In this document: positions 25,112-37,514 of the stretch, piece by piece
Layout: each line of letters starts with the position of its first letter
How positions within the stretch are numbered: the stretch's first letter is position 1
From: Squalus acanthias
Taxonomy: Eukaryota
DNA length: 64,000 nucleotides
Assembly: GCA_030390025.1 (NCBI GenBank)
Contig: JASTWF010000363.1
Span: forward strand, 1-64,000
Reading direction: 5' to 3'
The notes under the pieces: model-generated
Told to the model about the DNA's origin: nothing
The model's input: only the letters and a program-made list of their open reading frames with translations
Databases searched by the model: none
Program-made: the position numbers and the translations under genes

Positions 25112-26963
25112 TATAGAGCTTTTATAGATATGTGAAGAGAAAAAGATTAGTGAAATCAAGTGTAGGTCCCTTGCAGTCAGAAGCGGGGGAAGTTATAATG
25201 GGGAACAAAGAAATGGCAGCCCAATTAAATGCATATTTTGGTTCTGTCTTCACAAAGGAGGACACAAATAACCTCCCAGAGATGTTGGAGAACATACGGT
25301 CTGATGAAAGGGAGGAACTGAAAGAAATCAGTATTTGCAGGGAAATGGTGTTAGGGAAATTGACGGTATTGAAGGCCGATAAATCCCCACGGCCTGATAA
25401 TCTACATCCTAGGGCACTTAAGGAAGTGGCCCTAGAAATAGTAGATGCATTGCTGATCATCTTCCAACATTCGATGGAATCTGGAACTGTACCCATGGAT
25501 TGGAGGGTAGCTAATGTTACCCCACTATTCAAAAAGGGTGGTAGAGAGAAAGCGGGGAATTACAGACCGGTAAGCCTGACATTGGTAGTGGGGAAAATGC
25601 TAGAGTCCATTATAAAGGATGTAATAGCTGAGCACTTGAAAAACAGTGACAGGATCGGACAAAGTCAACATGGATTTACAAAAGGTAAATCGTGCTTGAC
25701 TAATCTACTGGAATTTTTTGAGGATGTAACTGGGAAAATAGATAAGGGAGAACCAGTAGATGTGGTGTATTTGGACTTTCAAAAGGCTTTCGATAAGGTC
25801 CCGCATAAGAGATTAGCGTGTAAAGTTAAGGCACATGGGATTGGGGGCAAGATATTGACTTGGATAGAGAACTGGTTGGCGGACAGAAAGCAGAGAGTAG
25901 GAATTAATGGGTCTTTTTCCGAGTGGCAAGCAGTGACTAGTGGGGTACCGCAGGGATCGGTCCTTGGACCCCAGCTATTCACAATATACATTAATGATCT
26001 AGATAAGGGAATTAAATGTAATATCTCCAAGTTTGCAGATGACACAAAGCTGGGTGGGAGTGTGTGCTGTGAGGAGGATACCGAGAAATTCCAGGATGAT
26101 TTGGACAGGTTGGGTGAGTGGGCAGAAGCGTGGCAGATGCAATATAACGTAGATAAGTGCGAGGTTATCCACTTTGGTGTCAAAAACAGAAAGGCAGACT
26201 ATTATCTGAATGGCAATAGATTGGGAGAAGGGGAAGTGCAACGAGACCCGGGTGTCCTTGTGCACCAGTCGCTGAAAGTAAGCATGCAGGTGCAGCAGGC
26301 GGTGAAGAAGGCAAATGGTATGTTGGCCTTCATAGCGAAAGGGTTTGAGTATAGGAACAGGGATGTCCTGCTGCAGTTGTACAGGGCCTTGGTGAGACCA
26401 CACCTTGAGTACTGTGTGCAGTTTTGGTCGCCTTATCTGAGGAAGGATGTTCTTGCCATGGAAGGAGTTCAGCGAAGATTCACAAGGCTGATACCTGGGA
26501 TGGCAGGAATGACATATGAGGAGAGATTGGGTCGATTGGGCTTATACTCACTGGAGTATAGAAGAATGAGAGGGGATCTCATCGAAACATATAAAATTCT
26601 GACAGGTCTGGACAAACTAGATGCAGGAAGAATGTTCCCGATGGTCGGAGAGTCCAGAACCAGGGGTCATAATCTACGGATAACGGGTAAACCATTTAGG
26701 ACAGAAATGAGGAAGAATTTCTTCACCCAGAGAGTGGTGAACCTGTGGAATTCTCTACCACAGAAGGTAGTTGAGGCAAAGTCATTAAATATATTCAAGG
26801 ATGAGTTAGATATATTTCTTAAAGCTAAAGGTATCAAGGATATGGGGAGAAGGCAGGTACAGGGTACTGAGTTTGGATGATCAGCCATGATCTCATCGAA
26901 TGGCGGAGCAGGCTCGAGGGGCCGAATGGCCTACTCCTGCTCCTATCTTCTATGTTTCTATGT
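25112..26963 (+). mobile_element. 5'-truncated CR1 LINE with uninterrupted 582-codon RT frame
   Basis: ORF 25132..26880 carries all RT motifs. Tail CCTATCTTCTATGTTTCTATG. Confidence 0.95.
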
Positions 26964-27428
26964 TAGCTTGGAGCATCGATGAACTGATGTCCAGTTTTGG
27001 AGACAGGTGTGGAGGGCGAGTGAGTCCAGAAGCTATTTGAAGGTAGAGTATTGGAGGATGGAGGTACTGCTGGAGGTACTTCCGTGAGAATGAAGAGCCA
27101 GGAGATGTTCAGAATCGATCACAGGTCACAAAAACGGTGGTGAAGTTGGAGGCCACCATAAGATCCAGAGGCAGTGGAGAAATGGACTGTGGCCCAGGAG
27201 AGTGACTTTCTGGCCAGGAACCACACTGCTGCTGAAACTGAAAAACCAGTAAGATCAGTAGGACAGTCATAAACTTAGCAGGTAACAGCAGCAGTGGGGG
27301 ATGGGATGCAAGCTAGACAAAGTCACCTTAAAACTTAAGCAACTGAATAGAAGAATATAGACACAGCAGCTGAGGCTTACAGAGTAGTCCAGTGCAGAAG
27401 CGTAGTCTTGACATCCAGAGAAGTCCAG

Positions 27429-28220
27429 GGGGAAGAAATTGGGTATCGCCCTGTTTGGGGCGCTATTATCGGCCGGGCGCAAAGTTTAGCGCCCGGCGCT
27501 AATTATCGCCTCCGACTGCAAAATTCGCCTCTATCGCCCCTGGAGGTGATTTGAGCACTAAATCAGGCGCTACACACCTCTCTTAAGGCGCTAATGTCGA
27601 GGAGCGAGGCGTTACCTCAGAACGCTACTGAAGCTCAGGCGATGCCAATTACCATGGAAGCCAGACAGACTGGCGCCGTCCTGTTCTTAAAGGGGAGGGG
27701 CCATCTTGCTGTCCAGCCACTCCCTGCTCATTGCAGCCTTGAATCTCGGCCTGGAGAGACCTCAAAAGCAATTGTTTTGGAAGCACTAATGGATAGGCCC
27801 AGGGAAAGAGCTCGGCGCTTAGGAACCTCAAAAGTGGTGCTGAGGGCCAAAACTCCTTAGGACAGCGTTAAACCAAAAATTTTGCCGACAGGAAATGGCA
27901 GGCAGGAACGCCCGCCTTTAAATAGCACTCCCCTAGCCCCTTCCTGACTTCAAAACGTTCCCCTCTACCTGTCGTTGCTAGCAGCAGGCGGCGCGACTCA
28001 ATATCCGGTCTGGGGTGCTACCGGGCGTTGCACGCTTGACTGACATCACGATCTGCGGGCGCAGGAGATCGTGGCGGTAGTGTTTAGCGCCGCTGCAAAA
28101 TGTCTGGTCAATTTCGTGAGCGGCGTTAAAATCACCGCGCTCGGGCGCTAAGTTCCTAGTGCCCCGTTAGCGCCACCCGGAGGCGCTAATGGGAGGCGCT
28201 AAGCAACTGAATTTTCCCCC
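27429..28220. mobile_element. Non-autonomous Harbinger (internal deletion derivative related to H3)
   Basis: TIRs GGGGAAGAAATT / AATTTTCCCCC and TSD CAG. Ends are homologous to the H3 ends. Retains the ORF2 start MDRPRERARR at ~27789. Confidence 0.9.
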
Positions 28221-29399
28221 CAGGAATTTGGAAGCCAAATTTGAGCAAAGATCCAATACTCACTGATGAAAACAGAGCAGGCATGGTTGGAGGACGGGCT
28301 GTGGGCCAGGTAACTTTAACCTAACAGTTAACTTGTAAATAGGGCTCAAATTCACCCACTATTAGTGTAAGAGAGGAGCTTGGAGGAATAAAGGGCAACG
28401 GTTGGCCAAGGATAGAGCTGTACAGCAGAGGAGCTCCCTCGGGAGCTGCCAGCCCTGAGCCATCTTGAATTCCGTTACTGCAGTGTAGTCAGACATTGCC
28501 ACTGTTTGTATCAGGAGCGTGACAAAATAATGGCTGAGTGATGGGATTACATACATTTACTTATTGTATTATTGTCCTGACTCTCCTCGTTAGGATGTTG
28601 ACTCCTACATGCACAAGGTACAGCTGAAAATTGTGACATGATGCAATTCTGGGCCAGGTATTGAGCGCTACTGATGCTTTCTTTATTCTGCACTTCTCGG
28701 TTTTACTATCCACCGTTTATCGTGAACACCAAGGCCCCCACTATAAACAGTGCGGACTGTAATGTGCAGAGTGCAAGTTAAAATTGTATATCCTCTTCAT
28801 AGGATTTTTCATTTTCAGTTTTTGTTTTGTTTTAAATTATTCTGGAGTTTTTCATTTTATATTTAACAAAAAATCCAGGTAAAAATTAATAGGAAAATTC
28901 TGGGACATTTATTACAGTGAAAATTAGGGGAAAATTCAGTGTTAAAAGAAATCTGTAAACTCCTTAGCACACTTACAGACTTGTGTCTCATACTGATTAT
29001 AAAATTAAATAAAAGTAGAATACAACATTTTAATAAAATAGTTCATTTAATTATCATGAGCAGTTTATTTTAAATGATTTTTTTTACAGATTCCCGTTCT
29101 CCCAATGCTGGATCGGGGTTTCAAACCCAAGTGGTCTTGGGAGCACCAAATGTAAATTAGTTTGAGCTTTTGGTAGACATGCCAGGGAACAGCAAGACAG
29201 GGATACAGCTGAGATCGAAAGAGATCAGGAGACTGAGCAAAGACTAGGGAAAACGAGGGAGAGACTGGGAAGAATGAGGATACACTGTGGACGGACTGAA
29301 TTTCTGCAGAGAAATTGGGCATCCGGCAAGTTCCAATCACATAGAGAGGAATAAGATGTAAATAAAAATATAATTTAAAATAGAATCAGTAGATGTCCT

Positions 29400-29875
29400 G
29401 GGAACGGTAGCATCGTGCTTATGTTACTGGACTCATAATCCAGAGGCCTGGTCTAATAATCCAGAGACATGAGTACAAAGTCCACCACCACAGCTGGGGA
29501 ATTGAAATTCAGTTAATTAAATAAATCTGGAATTTGAAAAAAAGCTAGTATCAGTTCTTAACTACCGGATTATCGTAAAAACCATCTGGTTCACTAATGT
29601 CCTTTAGGGAAGGAAACCTGTTGTCCTCACCCAGACTGGCCTACTGGTGACTCCAGACCCAGAGCAATGTGGTTGACTCTTAACTGCCCTCTGAAATGTC
29701 CTAGCCATGTATTGAACCGCTACGACAAAGTCACTATGGGAGTACCTTCACCACACGGACTGCAGCGGTTCAAGAAGGTGGCTCACCACCACCTTCTCAA
29801 GGGCAACTAGGGATGGGCAATAAATGCTGGCCTTGCCAATGATGCCCAAATCCCATGAATGAATTTTTTAAAAAG
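29400..29875 (+). mobile_element. Probable tRNA-derived SINE with LINE-like 3' tail
   Basis: Degenerate tRNA-like head (GGTAGCATCGTGCTTATGTTACTGGACT...) and tail GGGATGGGCAATAAATGCTGGCCTTGCC...ATGAATGAA. Recognised from memory of shark repeats. Confidence 0.6.
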
Positions 29876-30849
29876 TTACGCTCAGTAAGTGAAATGATGC
29901 ACTGCTTTATAATGACAGGAGTGTCATAACATTTAATAACAGGAGCAAAATGTATTAATCCACTAATGGGATGAAGCTGTGTTTAAGGGGCTGGTCCCTT
30001 TAAGGCTATAAAGGCTAAAGTAAATACAGTCTTGGGTTTCAATCGGTGTTTAATTTCTGTTCAATAAGGGAATTTTACAGATTGGAAGGTGCTTGTAAGT
30101 TTCTGGCTCCAGGTTAAGAAAAAATCAGCAAGAATCAAACAGCCTTTCTTTATTTTTTACAAACTTTGGACACTTTGAAGTGTGAGGGGAATTTTTTGAG
30201 TTCCGTGTAGATCAGGCGGGCAGTGGGTGGGCGTTTGCTATGCCTGCCTGATGCTGTTAATGGGAGGCCTTACCAATTTCCATGGTCGGGTCTCATTTCA
30301 ATATTTCTGGTGAGCAGTTTGTCGAATGGGTCAGAATGGAAAAATTCAGCACTTCCCCCACAGCGCCGAGCCAGAAGTCAGTAATTAAAGGGGGTGAGGC
30401 AATCCAGGGTCGGAGGGGGGCACCGAGGGACTGACAGCAGGTGGGAAGATTTTTGTGGGGCCATTTGCCTGTTACATTGCTTATGACCAACTCACAGTGT
30501 TAATGCGTCTTGTTGCCTTAAAACCCTTCATCTTGTCTCTTCACCGTGTCCCATCCTGTTATTTCCCTTCCTCCACTCCTTGCAAAAGGCTTTCTTTCCA
30601 TCGCTGCTCTTTCTCCTCCATTCCCCTTACCCTTCCCCACTTTCCTTTCCCCTCTCTCCTCTTCCCTTCCCATTTGTCCTTTTTCCCCTTCCCTTCCCAC
30701 TCTCCACTTCTCATCTTTGCCTATTTAGCTTTTTATATCTTTTCTCCCCATCTCTTCTCTATAATTCCCTAAACTTTCTGTCCCTTGCCCCAACCCAACC
30801 CCCTTTACTCTTCTCCTCCCTCTCTGACTGGCTGACTGATGGTTTTGTA

Positions 30850-31210
30850 GACACTCCAGTGCAGTGCTGAGGGAGTGCTGCACTGTCAGAGGTGCCGTCT
30901 TTTGGATGAGATGTCAAACTGAGGCCTCGTCTGTTCTCTCAGGTGAACGTAAAAGATCCCATGGCACTATTTCGAAGAAGAGCAGGGGAGTTATCCCCGG
31001 TGTCCTGGCCAATATTTATCCCTCAGTCAACATCACTAAAACAGATTATCTGGTCATTAGCACATTGCTGTTTGTGGGAGCTTGCTGTGCGCAAATTGAC
31101 TGCCACGTTTCCCACATTACAACAGTACTTCATTGGCTGTAAAGCGCTTTGAGATGTCCGGTGGTTGTGAAAGGCGCTACATAGATGTAAGTCTTTCTTT
31201 TCTTTCTTTA
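30850..31210 (+). mobile_element. Deu-domain SINE (SacSINE1/AmnSINE1-like), 5' truncated
   Basis: Deu core GTAAAAGATCCCATGGCACTATTTCGAAGAAGAGCAGGGGAG...GGTGTCCTGGCCAA...TTGCTGTTTGTGGGAGCTTGCTGTGCGCAAATT. (TCTT)n tail. Confidence 0.82.
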
Positions 31211-33132
31211 CAATGCAAAGTAGCTGAAAGGATCGGGGCCCCTGAAACCCTGCAGCTGCTAGATGTGGACAGGAAGGTCCAGTGAGCTGGGGAGACTAAC
31301 AGCAGCAAGAAGGCCTGGGGTGGTGGTGATGGAAAGTAGGAAGGAAGGTCCAAGTGCCCTGTGGATCCTGGGGGTGATGCAAAGTGGGTGGCAAGGCACA
31401 GTGGTACCAGGAAACAGGCAGGAAGGCCCGGGAGCCTGGTGGTGGATGTAAGAAGCAGAATGGCAGCGGTGGGGGCAGAGGTAAGACGATGCCGAGACAG
31501 GCAGCAATCCAGGGAAGGCAAATAACAAGTCAATTTTTTAAAAAAGCAGTGGGCAATTGGTTGTGGAGAATTGTCATTCAGGAACAAAGAAGTAGTGGGG
31601 AACCGATGTCGAGGACAAATAGATAGTGAGGGAAAGGCATTGGGAACAAAGATGGGGAGAGACGTTTGGGAAGAAAAAGTGATAGTTGGGAACTGGAATC
31701 TGGAAACAAAAAGGACCAAGGGGAAAAAAGAATTGTAAGTAACTCTAATAGTAATATAGTGCAGAAGGGATTTAATAAAAATCATGGGGCCAAAATCAGA
31801 AATAAAATAGAAATAGAGCCAGAACAGGGCAAAAACTGAAAAAACAGAGGTAGGATGGGTGGGGAGGGGAGGGAGGGTTTAAGAAGCAGCTACGATTTAA
31901 ATCAAAAAGGGGAATTGTGGGGGAGGGGGGTTACAACAGGTGAAAATTCATTTTTAAAAGAGCTACAACCGGGGGCTTAAAGTGTGTTAGGAATGTAGGA
32001 GGTTGAAAAAGTGTGCTGTTAAAGAAAATTCTGGATAGACTGGGCTGGGGCTGGAGCTCGAGGTCCAAAACTCGAGTGGAAGAAGGAAAACAAAGTTCAG
32101 AGAGGGCTGGGATGGGCCCAAGGTATAGGCTCCAATGTATTAGTAGGAAAACTTTGGAGCAGGCTTGGGAAATTTGAGAATGGGACTGAGATGGGGCCAG
32201 GTGAAGGGCTGGTACTAATTTGAGAGTGGGGCCAGGGTCTGGGGCAGGTAATAATTTCAGACTGGGCCATGAATTGAAGGCACGTTGGCCATAAAAATGA
32301 CAGGGGACAGAAATTGCAAAACACTTCATGGAGAGAAGGGGAAATCGCATAAAAAGGCCCAAAACACAGTTCAAAGGCAGGGGCTGCAGTGGACGTATTA
32401 CTGGAAGTTTCATCATGTGACCAGCTGCCCCATCCAGTCAAACAGCCTTTTTTCCCATCTCCAATATTTTTATAACTAATAAACAAGTGTTCAAAGAAAA
32501 TGCAAAAAACACTTTTTCTGAATGCCCGTATGATTTTTCTCCTGGGTTACTCGTAGCATTGTCCAGCAGATTAATTGTTCATTCCTGGAAACTCCAGGAT
32601 GATCCGATAGGGTTGGTAACCCTGGGCTGCAGCAGGGGATTGACGGATATGGGCAGCTCGGAATGGGACAGAGGAGCTGCCACATCACCCCCTACTGGAT
32701 GGAGGCCAGAATTAGGATTGCTGATTACATTGAATGCACAGCACAGAAATAAGCTGTTCGGCCCAATTGGTCCTTGCCAGTGTTTATGCTCCACACGAGT
32801 CTCCTCCCACCCCTCTTCATATAACCCTATCAGCATAACCTTCTATTCCTTTCTCCCTCATGTGTTTATCTAGCTTCCCCTTGTTGACATGGGGAATTCC
32901 ATTATGAGCGTTGACCTTGAAATGTTGATATCGAATGTTACTCAGTTACTGAAAAATGACAACAAGAAGTAATGGTTTTGGGACAGTAAATAAATACCAT
33001 TTGTAAGACATTTAATATATTATAGAGATAAATATATATAAATATATATGTAATTGTCAACTGACTGACTTATCTTCCATGGTGTACCCAGCAAAGCCAT
33101 AAAAAATCTACTACGGAGCACACCATACCCTC

Positions 33133-33242
33133 GGGGTGAATTTCTGAGAGGGTTCTCCCGTTCATCCACTGTAACTGGTGAAAGAGCTGTGAAAACCCCG
33201 GAAAAACAGGGAGCAAGGGAACCCCCTGCGTAAATTCACCCC
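33133..33242. mobile_element. 110-bp Harbinger-type MITE
   Basis: Perfect 11-bp TIR GGGGTGAATTT / AAATTCACCCC. Flanks CTC / CAC. Confidence 0.65.
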
Positions 33243-33440
33243 CACTGTTCCGATATTCAGCTGAAGGAGGGATGTAGAGTCAGAATCATGTGATCTCCGT
33301 AAAATGTGAAAATTAGCAAGTCTGTCCAGTTTCAGGTGGAAAACTGTTCAAAATCTGATTCAAAACGCATTTAGCATCTTGAATTCATCAAGAAAAATAA
33401 TTTATACACTTCGATGAGGTTCATACTAACATTCTTTTGA

Positions 33441-33623
<183 letters not shown>

Positions 33624-33994
33624 TAGGTACTCCGTCTTAGTATCAGAAAATACCGTCAGAAAATATGCCACCAGCAATTTTTTAGTAGCTCCTCAATCAT
33701 GTGGCTTGATTAAGTGGGGAGGAAGGATATAAATAAGCCTCCACAATCAGTGATGTTGGATTTGAAATTCAGTAACTTGCTCTTTGGCCTTCCCCAGAGG
33801 TAGATGTGCTTTTGATTAGCCTTGTTGTTCCACAGCTGTCGTCAGTATCGCCACAAAGAAGTCTATCAATCACACCATCATATGGTTTCCATCAAAGCTG
33901 TTTCCAAGTCCATCAAGTCACTACTGTCTGTACTGTAGTTGATGGTTCATCTTCTAACTTTTAATTAACTTGGGGTCTCCTCAGGCTCCAGTAC

Positions 33995-34215
33995 AAAAAG
34001 CAAAATACTGCAGGTGCTGGGAATCCTGAAATGAAAACAAAACTATTAGAAACACTCAGCAGGTCAGGCAGCATCTGTGGAGAAAGGAAGGTATAGGGTT
34101 AACATTTCAGCCGTCCTGACAGAGAGTCAGTGACCTGAAACATTAACCTTTCCTTCCTTTCTCCACAGATGCTGCCTGACCTGCTGAGTGTTTCCAACAT
34201 TTTCTTTTTTCATCA
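33995..34215. mobile_element. Two Penelope-type terminal repeats in inverted orientation
   Basis: CACTCAGCAGGTCAGGCAGCATCTGTGGAGAAAGGAAG (~34053-34090) is the reverse complement of ~34153-34190. Same repeat family as 23007-23153. Confidence 0.7.
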
Positions 34216-36189
34216 GGATCTGTCCTCTTTCCATTCAGCCCTCGAGTGGAACAGGCTTGGGAGGCTGAATGGCCTTGCCCTGTTCCTATGTTCCCATTTT
34301 CTTCCTTCGTCACATCAATGACCTCCTCCATTCATCATCCAACATGGCACAAATTTGAATTGCTTTGCTTTGTTTTGTTTTTAACTGAAGAAGTAGATGG
34401 TTATTTTGATCTTAGATCTCATTGGTTTGCAGATTTAAAATGCAGTAAACAGAAATGTTTTTTCTTATCTGAAATTGACATTGCCTCATAGAGGCCCAGT
34501 TTTGACCTGCTAGTTCTATTCTGAATCTGTCTCACTTGGTGATGCCACATGACATGATGGAGGATGTCCTTTGTGTAAATATTCCAGTCTTGGCACAGTG
34601 CCACACAGACTGGATCTTTGTGCATCCATCAGTCACTGAAAATGGCAACGTTTAAAAAAAAAAATGGAGGCACAAGGGGCGGCTGTAGGCAAATCCTGAC
34701 ACCTTGGCAAAGTAGATGTGCTGCTGTATGAGATGGGTACAAGGAGTTTGTGTTACAATTATTTTCCCTTTTTAGTGCTCCAGTGCACCAGACCTTGCAG
34801 GATGTGGCAGCCAGACACAGTGCTGTGCACATTACTCATAGGACTTGGTAAAAGATGCGTGGGAAGACTGCACCCTTTAAGGATTTTGGAAAGCTAAGAC
34901 TATCTAACAGTATCGTATACCAGGTAGATGGTTCAAGATTCCATGCCACAAAGAGTTACATGTTGACCAAATCAATGTTTACTGCTGGCCATGCCAAGCC
35001 CTTTCACAGCCTTCCAAATCTTTTGTTACTTCTCAAACATAGCAATGTTCCAGCCATGTTCCAGCACAACACACAATCAAGCTGCAACTCACAAGTGAAA
35101 GTGTTGACACACTCATAAGGCTTTCACGCATCAAATTGTAGTACAACTTAGGTGCATGATGCTTGGTCAGTTAATGACATTCAAGATGGGCTGTATGCTG
35201 CACATCTGTCAGTGTGTATGAGGATATAGAAATATGAAGACTTAAAAACTTAGGGCTTTTTTCATCAGAACAATACAGACTATGGGGCAATATGATGGAA
35301 TTTAAAATTATGAAAAGATGGGACAGGGTAGATAGAAACAAACTAACTTTTTCCAGTAGTTGATGGGTCTAGAATGAGCGGTGATGTACAAGTTGAAATG
35401 TAAGAGATTTGGAACACAGAGCAAGTGAAATTTCTTTACAGATGAGTTCAGGCTTGGAAGAGTTAGTGGTTGAGACAGAAACTATATCAACATTCAAGAT
35501 CAGATTACATAAGTGGAGGAAGGAAAAGAGATACAGGATCAGGGCAGGCAAATGTGATTCGGACTATTTGCTCAGATGGAGGGTAAATACTGACACGGAC
35601 TGGTTGGGACAAATGTGCTGTTTCCATGTTGTAACTTCTGTGTATTTCTATGACACACAATACAAGAAAACAGACCTGAACTGAAGAAAGGATCAGGAAT
35701 TGTAAGCCCTTGACACCCTGGGATAGACAACCTTGAACATCCTTTAAATGTAGGATTATGGAAGAAATAGGGAAGGTGAAGCAGCAGGCCTCCCTGTTTA
35801 GGGCAGATACCACACTGCTCTTGTCCCACGCCACACTCACTACCACACAGGTCATCACATATCGTATATTACAAGGCAAGTTCTGTTTGAAGGTGTCTTC
35901 TCCAGCCAGGATTCTATCTTTTTAGGTCTTGAAGAGCAGTCTGGCTGCATTGCTAAGCAGCAGTGCACAGTCCCTGGGGTCACTTTCTTCAGTGTTTGCA
36001 ATCATGAGCATATCTGCACATTCCCTAGAATATCTATTTAGTGAATTTGAGAAGGTAAAGCAGAAACAGGATGGCACATGGCTATCATGAATGGCCCCTG
36101 TACTTTATTAATGGCAGCAATGTAGTGATATTGGGCAGCCATTGTCATGCTCCTGTTGCTCTTCAGTAGCAAGTGCAGCAGTTAACTAT

Positions 36190-36360
36190 TTGATACATGT
36201 GTGGCTAATGCATTAGCTTATAAAACAATGTCAACTTGGAATGAGCCAGAGGCAGAAAAGTTGAGGGTAGTAGTGACATTGACTGCCACTGGGCAGTGCC
36301 ATGTTTATGTTGCAGGTTGGGTGCTGGTGTTATTGCAGCAGATGACAAAGCTCTGCAACT
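36190..36360 (-). pseudogene. Highly degraded Harbinger transposase fragment
   Basis: Minus strand reads ALPVAVNVTTTLNFSASGSFQ. Confidence 0.65.
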
Positions 36361-36731
36361 GGCTTCCTGCTTGCAGAATATTATACCTGCTATCGCACAC
36401 CATTGAATACTGCTTCAATCAAGATTTGGATCTACACTGCTGCTGGAAGAAAATAACCATCTGAATGTAACCAATGATGGTATTTAACCAGCTATGGAAA
36501 AGGACAGGGAGCAATCTGGAGTAAAAATGTTTAACTGGGGGAAGGCCAATTTCAGTGGGATGAGAACGGATCTGGCCCGGGTAAACTGGAATCAAAGATT
36601 GGCAGGCAAAAGTGTAATGGAACAATGGGCTGCCTTTTGCAAAAAAACTATTAAATTTGTGAAACATGACATGCTTTTAACAAACCTGCCTGTCTTTGAT
36701 TAACCCTTGCATTTCTAAATGCTCACATTTT

Positions 36732-37493
36732 GGCCCAGAATTTGCAGTCAGCAGTGAAGCGAAGGCGTTTGCTGCTGGCCCCAAAGTACGCTCCGCACAA
36801 GGATCTCACAATCCCTGTGTTGAGACCTTTGGGTTTACTGATCTTGAATTCAATTCAACGGAACTTAATGGGGATCCCCTTGTGCGAACTGTTGTGACGT
36901 CAACGGGCTGTCTAAGCAACCAACCAAAAGGCTGAATTCTCACAGACCGCGAACAAGGAAGTGAGTAAGCCCTTAAAATTCTAACTTTTTAAAATAGTTA
37001 GAGAGAGCAAAAGAGAGATTGGGGTTCTCACATGGGGAATAGGTAAACCTGAAATAAAGATGCACAAACTTGAAAAAATGTTTACATTTTTGTTGAAAAG
37101 ATTCTTAAAAATTTTAAATTTTATTCAAATGGACAAATTTCACACTGCACAAAAATTAAAATGAGTTTTCCAGGCCCTTACATTTGTTTAGCAGTCAATA
37201 CGCTGTTAAAACCCCAGTTACACCTAATCCCTTTGGGTCTAACTTTTAGTGGGGAATTTAACAGCGCACTTACTGCAGAAGAGCCGAAGTTTCCGGCACT
37301 TTCAATGATTTACAAGATTTCACTGATTGCCGGCTCTGTGGGGTGGGGGCTGCTCAGCACAGACTGTTTCGGGGCTGTCATTGACAGACCGCAACTTTGA
37401 GATGTCCAAATCCCGAAGTTGTGGTCAGTTTCAAAGGCGGTATGACGGCGTGCTCTGAGAGTTCGTCGTCATTCCGACCGCTAACTCCGGGCC
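36732..37493. mobile_element. Harbinger-type MITE (762 bp)
   Basis: Imperfect TIR GGCCCAGAATTTGCAGTC / GACCGCTAACTCCGGGCC. 3-bp TSD TTT. Confidence 0.75.
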
Positions 37494-37514
37494 TTTATCT
37501 CCAATTATGGGTTA

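Noticed and set aside
30455..30870. Phe/Pro/Ser/Leu-rich ORFs
   Set aside because: Products of a low-complexity pyrimidine tract.
31177..32486. Minus-strand ORFs of 129-202 aa
   Set aside because: Compositionally biased with no recognisable motif. Probably a degraded repeat that I cannot classify.
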